From positions 5,458,001 to 5,522,000 of the forward strand of contig CM119371.1 in assembly GCA_051294905.1 (NCBI GenBank): DNA of 64,000 nt, read 5' to 3'. This DNA comes from Botryllus schlosseri. Taxonomy: Eukaryota. Shown piece after piece: positions 48,518-58,797 of the stretch (its first letter is position 1; each line of letters starts with the position of its first letter). Under the pieces are notes generated by a model. It was not told the origin of the DNA. It made no database searches and saw nothing but the letters and a program-made list of their open reading frames with translations. The translations under genes were made by a program, and so were the position numbers.

Positions 48518-49023
48518 CTGTCAAGACAAATCCAGTTCTAGGTTATTGATGATCGACTGACTACTGCATTTTAGTACAGTTGTTCTAGTTCTGGATGGGC
48601 ACTTAAATAAAATTAGTTTACGAACAAATAGTAAATCTTACAGCCGTTGCTAGCAATGTAGCTCAGAGTCGTCACTACTTACAGTGACGTGGCCATGGAG
48701 AGGGTTATGGGATCAAAAACCCTCTCATTTAAACTAGAAATGCTGATGACATCTCTGATATTTCTTAACCAATTTCCGCTACAGTTATTCGTACTACAAA
48801 TTATTATTAGCTAGTAGCCGTGTTCTAGTCAAGTTAGTTGTAAATATATCAGTTGTTAGTTCTAGTTGTTGCAAAGTGAATGGTGCTAGTTGAAAATTAG
48901 AATTTTGCAGAGTGAGTGGTTCTGTAGCTGTAGTTTTAATTGCGAGTTTTTAAAAGTTAGTAGTCGCAGTTCTAGTTGTGCAATGAAAATCTAGTGGTCT
49001 GGTACCACTGGAAACAATGTTGC

Positions 49024-49163
49024 CTTGAGATATCCATATGAATGAATCCAATGAATGGTTCACAATTGTGAAGATAAGCAAATCATAGCAGAATATGTTA
49101 CATGCAATAACGAGACTCTGGTTCTCTGATGATGCGCAATAATTTGTGAACTTTCAACTGCGA
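49024..49163 (-). pseudogene. PLK1: PLK pseudo-exon 3, downstream copy
   Basis: LKVHKLLRIIREPESRYCM*HILL*FAYLH..IHMD. Confidence 0.78.
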
Positions 49164-50258
49164 CAGACAACAAAACCAAAGCCCATAGGACTGATGGAAT
49201 GACAACAGCAATCTTATTTGTTCAGGACATCTAAATCAGTGGTTCGCAAACTGTTTAAGCTAGTGGGCAACAAAGAATTCAACAACTCGAGCGGACATGG
49301 GAACCTTCCAAATTAGAAACTTCATTTCATGATGCCTTTTTGATATTTGACTTGTTCTACGTAAGGCCGGGTAAAATCGAGTATCTGACTGATTTGAAAG
49401 TGAATCGTGCATAGGGCTTCGAGTCGAGCATTTGAGTATCACTTATTATGATGCCATACCAGTATGGATGATGCAGAAATTCAAATACCTACGTAGAATA
49501 CCTTTTACGCTACGGTACTACCAGGATTACAGCCTTCCACAATAGAAAATTTTTTCGAAAGTTTAATTCTCATTGATAAATTTCACTATCATTTCCGTTC
49601 AGTTCGTTGTTAATTATTTGTCCTCTTGCGGCAAGGAGCGTATCATTGCAGTACAAAAAAAATCGTTTTTTTACTACTAGACTAGATTATTAGACTTTAT
49701 TCTTAATTCAGGTTCGAGTACTCTAATCATTGTGACAAGCCGTAGTGATCTAAGTTGTGTAACTAGAAAATTATCAGCTTTTCAAAACTAGATTAAAATT
49801 AGAATTATAGCTAAACAAAATTTTTCGAATTTGACCATAATTAGAATGATAGCTACTCAAGTCTTTTCGAATTAGATTAGAATTGATATTACTTATTCCA
49901 TCAAAGAATTTGTACAAAAACCAAGTGTCAGTTCATATCAATTCCGGGCTAATTCTCATAAGCACGAGAATAGCAAATGTTTGTACACAGAGCTTGGCTC
50001 GTTGCGTACGATACAGTTCTCATGTAGCAATTTTAGGAACACCGCAAATTACATTGAAATTTAATTGTGGACGAAAAGTCATTGACAAATCAGTTTAAAA
50101 CTAGATCACCAGCATGGGTATTTGGTTCTAATAAGGTTGATTGGACACGAATTATCTAATTTTCCAAGTCTGCTAGTGATGAACCTTGCAGAGCTGATGC
50201 AATTGCGACCGCCATGGTTTGAGAGACATTACAGTTGTAACAAGGAAATGATTTTATG

Positions 50259-50375
50259 CTTCTTTGGCACAACTCAAGAACGATGTAGACAAAATCCTTG
50301 CCTTGGAAGAGTCCGTGAAATCCGACGTGCTTGTAATTCCAACTTGACACATTTTGTCTTTCTCATGATCCTTCT
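50259..50375 (-). pseudogene. PLK1: PLK pseudo-exon 2, third copy
   Basis: KHVGFHGLFQGKDFVYIVLELCQR. Donor mutated. Confidence 0.85.
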
Positions 50376-51006
50376 CTAAAATTCAGATTGGTATAAATAA
50401 CCAATCTAGTTCGGTGACGAGGAACTAACTACGTCTTCCTCTGACTAGTTCTACTTCTAATGGAGGACTTGGAAAAGTAAGTAGTTCTAGACTTGTAGTT
50501 ATAGTTGCACAACTTGGAAAGTAAGTAGTTCAATGGTTGCACAGTTTAAATTCCACTACTGTACCGTACCGGCCAACAATGTATACGATGGTAAAAAAAT
50601 GCATCAAGTTATCCAGTTAATTGTAGTTTTGATATTATTTTCCACTGTGGAAACCGTGACATTCCGATTGGTCGTATCGCAGCATACCAAACATGTAGTA
50701 CAAAGCTATGCGTTGTACTGGAAATGACATGGCGTGATTAACCGACAGCATTGTGACAAACTGCAGCGAACTAGGTGCAAACACTAAAGTATCTATAAAC
50801 TGATGTGTAACTGTCATTATACGCTTTGTGGTCGAGTAAAGGGTACGTGGTCGAACATATTTCATAATGAGTAATACTCGGATCAAATCCGAATGCTCGA
50901 TTCAGAATAGAATCACTCAGCCACACAATTTCACCCAGACCTACGTCTAAGACCCCTGCAACTACTATTCGTCAAATCACAGATCAATTTTGTTATATAA
51001 ACTCAC

Positions 51007-51178
51007 AAAACAAACCCAACGACCAGGTACCCACTTCGAAAATGTGCCCTTTTTGTCGAGAACTTCTGGTAAAAGATAGTTGGGTGTGGCCCAAAAAGTA
51101 TTCTTTCGTTTGGTCGGCTTTGGTAGCGAGTCCGACACCTTCAATCTTCCATTTTATTGTTTCGGAATAAATCTCCAG
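51007..51178 (-). pseudogene. PLK1: PLK pseudo-exon 4, upstream copy
   Basis: GLATKAD..TFWATPNYLLPEVLDKKG..FEVGTWSLG. Acceptor ATTGACAG, donor GTGAGT. Confidence 0.85.
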
Positions 51179-51442
51179 CTGTCAATACAAATCCAGTTAC
51201 ATGACTATATAGACTCGTAAAAAATTAAGAACTAGTTGGTTGATGATCAGCTAGCTACTGTTATTTTGAGTAAGTCCTAGTTCTTGTTCTAGTTGCTAGT
51301 TTAGAAAAGTGAGTAATTCTAGTTCCAGTTGCAGTTGCAAGTTTTGAACAGTGAGTACCGATAGCTCTAGTTCCAATTATGTACAGCCTAGTGAAAATAA
51401 CAGTAGTTTGTACACGTCTGGCACCACTGCAAACAATAGCAC

Positions 51443-51578
51443 CGTGATATTCGTTGTGAATGATGTGAATAATCTTACAATCGTGAAGTTGGACAACTCC
51501 AAGCAGAATCTGTTGCATGTGAAAACGAGTCTATGGTTCTGTGATGACGCGTCTTCTTTTGTAAACTTCCATCAACGA
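51443..51578 (-). pseudogene. PLK1: PLK pseudo-exon 3, upstream copy
   Basis: SLMEVYKRRRVITEP*TRFHMQQILLGVVQLHDCKIIH. Confidence 0.87.
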
Positions 51579-52352
51579 CTGATCAACAAAAATCAAATGT
51601 AATTGGATTGATAGATTGACAATATTATTTGCCGGAAAATCTAAATCAGTGGTTCGAAACCTTCTGGAGCTAGCCTGCTGGTAAAATTCAAGAACAAATT
51701 TTGCAGACCCATTGAACCGTCCAAATTAGAAAATTCATTTCAGACTGCCGTTTTGATATTATAGTTGTCATATGTAGGGAAAATTCAAGTACAATTCTGA
51801 ATACTGTATAAAGGCTTTGAGTCGAGTATTCGAGTATCACTCATCATGACATCAAAGCGGTATGAATGTGAATGAGGTGGATATTTCACATATGCACCAC
51901 AAACAAAATAATGATTCAGATTTGAGTATGGTACTCGGATCATTGTGCCAAGCCCCAGTGATCAGAGTTTCATTTTTAGTTATTCCAAACTAAATTAGAA
52001 TAAGAATTATTGCTACAATTTTTTCCAAATTCAATTACAATTGGAATTCTACATAGTACAGAAGTTCATCTCATGAGCATGAAATCCTTAATATCTGTAC
52101 ACCAAGCTTGGCTCGTTTCGCACAGCACCGTTTTCATGCAGTGTCTTCTTTAAAAGCAGAAATGTAAAATGGGAGAAACAATTGGCAAATTAGATTAAAA
52201 TTAGATTACCGGCATTTCGCTCAAGTTAATCTAATGTGACAACTAGAGTTATCTAGTTGACCCGGTCTGTCAGTAATCAACGTTACATAACTGATGGGAT
52301 TTCGACCGACAGTTTGCGACACACTGGAATTGTGACCAGGAAATGTTTTCAC

Positions 52353-52503
52353 CCTTCTTTTGCACAACTCGAGAGCGATGTAGACGAATCCTTGTCTTGG
52401 AAATATCCGTGAAATCCAACAACTTGCTTCTGATTCAAAATGCGATGGAGACTGATCTCGAGACACATTTTGTCTTTCGGATGCTCATTCACTAATAGTT
52501 TTT
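52353..52503 (-). pseudogene. PLK1: PLK pseudo-exon 2, second copy
   Basis: LLVNEHPKDKMCLEISLHRILNQKQVVGFHGYFQDKD(fs)VYIALELCKRR, followed by a GT donor. Confidence 0.9.
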
Positions 52504-52785
52504 GCAATTCAAACAAAATTGATGCCTGTAATCGAAGCGCAGCCCTTTATAGGTACACAGCTTTTGGCCCGATCTGCACTATATAGTTCTCATGTAGCAT
52601 TTTTAGGAAAACTAGAAATTAAGTTATAATTAAAATGAGAGCAAATAAATATTTCACAAATTATAATGGAATACAAGAATTATCTAGTTGTCCAAGTCTG
52701 CAGGTAATAAATATCACAGAGCTGATGATATTGTGAGCATCACCATTTGAGATAGGTTACAGTCTTATCAAGGACATGCGCGTAT

Positions 52786-52932
52786 CCTATTTGCGCAGCT
52801 CCAGTAGGACACAGTACAGTCAAAATTCGTGGTTTGAAATCCAAAGACGTACCGGTAGCCTACTTGTGATTCAAACTGCAATGGAGACGGATCTCTCATT
52901 TCGTCTTTCTAATGCTACTTGACGACCAGTGC
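52786..52932 (-). pseudogene. PLK1: PLK pseudo-exon 2, first (most decayed) copy
   Basis: ALVVK*H*KDEM..EIRLHCSLNHK..VFGFQ..VLLELRK. Acceptor TATTTTAG. Confidence 0.72.
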
Positions 52933-53460
52933 CTAAAATACACACCAAATTGAAACTTGTAATTATAGGTTATACGGTATTAATATTCGATAAGACACAT
53001 CGAAAGAATTATCGATATCTTTCCATGAGGGGCAAAAAATGTCAGCTATTTTCACGATGCCGCAAAATAGTAGTAAGGAGTCAGAACTTGTGACTGCTAG
53101 ACTAGAAAAACGGATAGCTCACAAGTGTTTAGATGTAGTCTTTTTAGTATACGTCATGATCAAACATAGCAATGCCTCTGTGAGCCTATTTTACTTTTGG
53201 AAATGTTCCCAAGCTAGATGAATATCGCGGTGATCAGTCAAAGTGGCAGCTATTGCTTTTATCGGTATCTACCGGTATTCTTAAATCCAAAATAGGTAGC
53301 GCTATAGCTATGAAAAGCATTTACAAATGGAAATTGGCAAGTTCTTGACCAATGACCATGCAAACGTTTTCAGAAAGGTATTCACAACCACTGCATTAGT
53401 GCATGCAACAAATGTTATCAGTCACACAGATTTATTATCTGTCAATAAATCCTGACTCAC

Positions 53461-53640
53461 CATTGCTACAGTCTTTCAAGCAAAAGCTTGTTCTGTTTCA
53501 ACATCAGTCATTCGAAAGCATTTTGCGAATCCGCTTTTCCCAAGAAATCGACTTCTTGTGTATGGTTTGTGAGTAGACCGTACTTCAAGATCTCTTTTGT
53601 TGGAAAGTCTACTTTTTCAGATATTATCTTCAAATCTAAT
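53461..53640 (-). pseudogene. PLK1: PLK pseudo-exon 1 (Gly-rich loop)
   Basis: PTKEI..(fs)STHKPYTRSRFLGKSGFAKCFRMTDVETEQAFA*KTVAM, followed by donor GTGAGT. 5' boundary approximate. Confidence 0.9.
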
Positions 53641-54897
53641 CCAGATAAATTTGCCAAATGAAATATCGCATATGAACACACTGCACAAAATGCCAACAAG
53701 CACTAGCAATAACGAACGTAACAAACTAACCAACAACTAACGCGATTCAATTCTGAAGCAACTCATTCTTCACTATTTTATGGGAATCAGATTAGCTTTC
53801 CACAGTAACAGCAGTACAGCAAATTTACTGGAGAATCACACAGACAGAACTAACAGAAAACGGGGAAAATTAAGCAGTTACTAGGCTGACAATGGCTGCT
53901 GGATCATCACACAAAAGAACACTGATTACGCCGATATTCAATAAATATACAGCAATAGTCATTATATATATTACGATGCTCAACAAATGTCATAATTGTC
54001 TCGCAGAGTGGCATAGTTGTCGCAAGAGGATGAGTCGCATGAAATGTTCACAAAAGATATTTGGGCTCATATAGCGATGCCGATTACTTCACATTACAGG
54101 ACAATCACTTACCGCAGCAGGCAGTGAAAATATAATGAAGTAGCTACATCATGTACATATAGAGCTGTAGCAATGCGTTTAGAGAGAGTTGATCAGTGGG
54201 CCATTTTGATGAGACAGACTATTTCAGCACAGCTAACCGTTTCAAGCGCCACATATTTCCGCATAATGTAGTTATGACGTGACATTGAAATCGCTACTTC
54301 TAGTTGTTATTCATTCAAAGTCCAAGAGATTACTGGACATTTGTGAAAGCACATACAATGAATTTCAAGTTCCCATCTTGATGGCAACAAGAAACAGCCA
54401 TTAGACAACGATAAACTGACCTGCATGAATTTTAGTTGTAAAATTTGAATACTCGGACTGTAGAGGGAGTTGCCATAGTTTCAAATTTAACAGCGCGATG
54501 GAGACGCCGGCTCCATTCTCGGCATCAGGACGTTCCGACAGTTGGGTGCAAGGGAGGCAATACAGATGAGCAAGGAAAACGCAACAAAAACACGGAAGAA
54601 GAAGATTTAAATGCCCTTCATACTGCTAACGCGAGTCTGAATACTTCACAAGTTGTCGACAGGATTTGGCGCAATGGTTTGAGTGCACGAATCAAAATCG
54701 AGTTGTTCAGAGCATATTCCGAATTAAGAGTTTATAATACAGCATGCCTGTTCGAATTAATTCAAAGCCATATTGTGTCTGATGGAACACGTCCTAGTAA
54801 ATGCTCTCTTCATTATGAACCACATTATTACATTATTTTTGATACCAGCATGCATATTAGACCGACACTTTAAGATGTTTTTCCAGATGTATATTAT

Positions 54898-56025
54898 TCA
54901 AGATTTTTGACGACAGCATGTATTCATATGTTGCATGAGTTTTCTCTTCCTGGTATATGCTGTTCCACATATGTCACAGTGATGATTCTTGACGCCAGCA
55001 TGGCTATCCACATGAAGCTTCAGGTAACTATTCCGTGTAAATGCTAATCCACATATTTCACATTTATGATTTTTGACGTCAGCATGAATTTTCAGATGAA
55101 TGTTGCAGTTGCTCTTCTGTGTGAATGCTCTGCCACATACTTCACATTTATAATTTTTATTGCCCGCATGAATATTCACATGTATCTTCAGGCTACTCTT
55201 CTGCGTGAATGCTTTACCACATATCTCACATAGATGAGTTTTAATTTCTGCATGCATATCCATATGACGCGTGAGGCTGGATTTCTCAATGAATTCTCTC
55301 CCACATACTTCACATTTATGATTCTTGATCCCGTGATGAGTTTTCATATGATGCTTGAGGCTGGACTTCTCAGTATATGCTTTCCCACATACCTCACATT
55401 TCTGATTCGTGATAGTAGTATGAGATTCCATATGATGAATAAGACCACTCTTCCTAGTGAATGCTTTTCCACATATTTCACATTCATGATTTTTCAAGTA
55501 ATCATGAACAACCATATGATTCCTGAGGTTACTCTTCCGAGAGAATGCTTTTCCACATATATCACATTCATACTTTTTCATGCCCAAATGCATATCCATA
55601 TGACACTGGAGGTAGATCTTCCGAATAAATACTTTTTGGCATATATGACATTCGTAGTTTTTGACGCCAGCGTGGGTATTCACATGGACCTGGAGGCTAC
55701 ATTTGAACGTGAAGACTTTCCCACATATATCACATTTATGGTCTTTGACGCCAGCATGGGTATTCATGTGACCCCTTAAGTGACTCTTCAAGTTATATGC
55801 TTTTCCACATATATCACATTTATGGTTTTTGATGCCGGTATGCGTATCGATGTGACGTTTGAGCTCGTTTTTCAGTAAAAATGCTTTACCACAATAACGA
55901 CATTCATGATTCTTGATGCCAGTATGTCTATTCATATGAGTACTGAGGTGGCCCTTCGTAGTAAATGCTTTCCCGCATATCTCACACTCATCAATTTTGA
56001 CGCTGTCATGCACATACATTTTCAT
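54898..56025 (-). CDS. Poly-C2H2 zinc-finger protein (ZNF-C): 12 C2H2 fingers plus a terminal CCHC-like finger
   Basis: 375-aa ORF with H(A/T)G(V/I)KNH linkers, closest in style to ZNF-A. Upstream acceptor region at about 56212 resembles that of ZNF-A. Confidence 0.9.
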   Translation of the reverse strand: MKMYVHDSVKIDECEICGKAFTTKGHLSTHMNRHTGIKNHECRYCGKAFLLKNELKRHIDTHTGIKNHKCDICGKAYNLKSHLRGHMNTHAGVKDHKCDICGKVFTFKCSLQVHVNTHAGVKNYECHICQKVFIRKIYLQCHMDMHLGMKKYECDICGKAFSRKSNLRNHMVVHDYLKNHECEICGKAFTRKSGLIHHMESHTTITNQKCEVCGKAYTEKSSLKHHMKTHHGIKNHKCEVCGREFIEKSSLTRHMDMHAEIKTHLCEICGKAFTQKSSLKIHVNIHAGNKNYKCEVCGRAFTQKSNCNIHLKIHADVKNHKCEICGLAFTRNSYLKLHVDSHAGVKNHHCDICGTAYTRKRKLMQHMNTCCRQKS

Positions 56026-58797
56026 GTTCCGAGAAAACGCTTCCTTATCACTATCGCATCGACGATCTTTGTAATCAACAGTTAGTATATTTTACTCCAT
56101 GTCGATGATCTTCACAGCTTCACAGAACGCTTTTATGACAGTAGAGATATCATCCAACCAATATCACAGGCTTTTGAACAGACATTGCTAACTCTGTTTA
56201 GCGTATAAATCCTAACTGCATGATGATATAACTACTTCTGGAATGTATGAAAGTGTAGAACTAAGCAAAGTGGACAATTAGATTGTATAGAGCAGTGGTT
56301 CTTCACCGCCGGTCCGGGGACCAGTGCCGGTTCACGACGACCTTTCTGCTGGTCCGCCAGGTATCTTAAAATTTTATACTTTAATTTCAAGATGCAAAAT
56401 GTTGAAAACTTGTCATTTTTTACGTGAAGAACACATCGAATTTAAACATATTTTGAACTCTTGAGGTAAGATTTGCCCTGGCATGATCGATTAAACTTGG
56501 ACCTGGGCATAGCATACGGCCCTTGGGCTAAATGCGGCTCGTGACGAGATTCTAACAGGCCCCAGAAAAGTATAGCCTGGAATTTAGAACATAAAACCTA
56601 CTTTGGAATACTAATGTGTGAAATAAATCCTAAGGCTGCATAAACTGAATCGGAAATGTGATCCTGTTTTCATCTGTGTTGTAAATTAGTGATTATGAAG
56701 CCTACCTATAGGTCGTACAATTTGGATTCAAAATACTGCTTGTATAGGAAAGTATACCGTAACAATTATAGACAAAAGTAACGGTTTCAGATAGTTCAAA
56801 ATTTTCTCTTGCTGTCGTTTCATCACAAATTAACCGGTCTGTGATTTATATTGTTATGACATGCGTGTTCAATCTATAAACCGTAAAACAAGTCAATCAG
56901 TGCACGTCAGCACTGAGCAGGGGTAACCCAAAAACGATGAACAGGCATATGCTAAAAATAGAGGTGGTGGCAGGAGGGTGACATTTGAAGAAGACATGAA
57001 ACACTAAATATTTGTTTACTCGAATGAGGGAAATGAGTCATTGGTGAGCAGGTACCCGTGTTTGGAGATATATTCTGAATCGGCATTATGAGGAAAATGC
57101 ACTGAAATACTAACACTCGTTGCTGGCTGAGGCCGAGAGAGCACGAATTCCGGAGCATTTGCCAGAGAAACTCTCAAAACAACGAATCTGGATTTCACGC
57201 TACAAACAGCCCGGGACCAAGACCAGCATGTAATATCCAAAATACATTTTTATGTCCCCATAAATAAAAGAGTGCAGAGAAATGTGAATTAATTGTGTTA
57301 AGAGTGATTCGTGCTTCACATGGCTTGGCATATTGTCACTTGAAGAATCAAAATATTTTTTTGGTAAATGAACTCTCACTTCCTTACAGCCTAAATTAAC
57401 ACACCCACTTAGCTAACAGCTTGTGTTAACAATGGAATTCACTGTTCTCCTTTTAGAATTAAAATACGCCACGAAATATGGTTTAAACTTTGGGCCGGGC
57501 CGGCAAACCTAATTTTTGCTTCTCACTTTGCACGCTTAAAAAACCCATTGTTCACCCTTGATTCAACTGACAGTTCAAGCCGTCTCCGGTGACAACATGC
57601 CACCGACAAGTACGAACTTAGTCGCTAAACCGCGCTGTTTACACGATCATTTTTTCGATTTATTCATTTTGTGGATGATCCCATATCGCAGTCACCAGGT
57701 GTTTTTGTGCAGCGTATTGGATTCATTGTATGACTGGCGGAAGTGGGAAATGGGCAAGGTAGCACAAGAAAGTGCTTGTTTCGACTCAGAGACGCTTCTT
57801 GTCGAAAAGAAGAATATTATTCGAGTTGTCATATTGGCGTAGTCGATTAGTTCACGGCCTTCGGCGCGAAAGACGGCAATCAACTTTCGGCGCTAGCGCA
57901 TTTATCTGAGAAAAATAATGTTACTTCGACTCAGCAGACTACTTACCGTAAAATGACATGAATTCCCCTATGAACATATTAATTACGAAGGAAACTCTCT
58001 AAACCGTCTCTCTCTAGTTACATAGTGCAAAAAAAAAACAGTTTCATGACTGGACATTAGGGCTGTTCAAAAAAAGCTTTTTCCCTGAATTTTGCTGGCT
58101 GCGTGATTCGTCGAGTTGCCTTGAAAAACGGCATACACCAAATTTTAATTCATTCCAACCAATATTCGCGGATTACGTACAGTTTGAAAATTTTTAATTT
58201 ACCAATAGATGCAAAAAAAATTGTTTTCCAATTTTTTCTGTCAACCCCATGAAATTGTTGCGCTGTCCTCAAAGACGATGCAAAACAAATTTGACTCAAT
58301 TCCAACCCGTAGAAGCAGAGTTATTTGAGTTTTTCGATGATAATTCTCAGCTTATCCACCAATCAAGGACCATATTCATCACAAGTGTTACGCAGAATAT
58401 CATTCCTTACCAAATCATGTTGGCCGGAGAGTGATACTGGTTTTGCTCTACAACTGTCGAGTTTTTAGAGAAGCAACGTAACGAATCAAACCATAAATAT
58501 CTGGCATGCTGGGCTAGAGGTGAAACCACCGATCAAATGTGATTTTCCGTAGAGCCTGCAGCTATAATCGAGCTCTCGCCAGCAGTACCTGTGATGTTGG
58601 TAGCTCTGGGTAGTTCAATTGATATGCCTAATGATTATACATCACGATTTACCTCAGTTTGACTCTTTAGTAAGCAGGGTTCATGAGTTCGTCGTAGCAG
58701 CTTCAAGGTTTCATCAAACAAAACAAGGTCAAGAGCACTCTGGTGCACTATGAATTACAAATACAGCTGCTTCACAAAAACTTTAAATACGTGACTT

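Larger units (their letters stand above)
43859..53640 (-). pseudogene. PLK1: Unprocessed Polo-like kinase 1-type pseudogene with duplicated kinase exons
   Basis: Exon-sized minus-strand blocks match PLK1 in order: RFLGKSGFAKCF; EISLHR..VVGFHGYF..VYIALELCKRR; SLMEVYKRRRVITEP; KI*NFGLAT..TPDYIAPEVL; ISKWVD..DK; LFNDSTRM; KVILCPL..AVTYID. Many stops and frameshifts. Confidence 0.92.
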
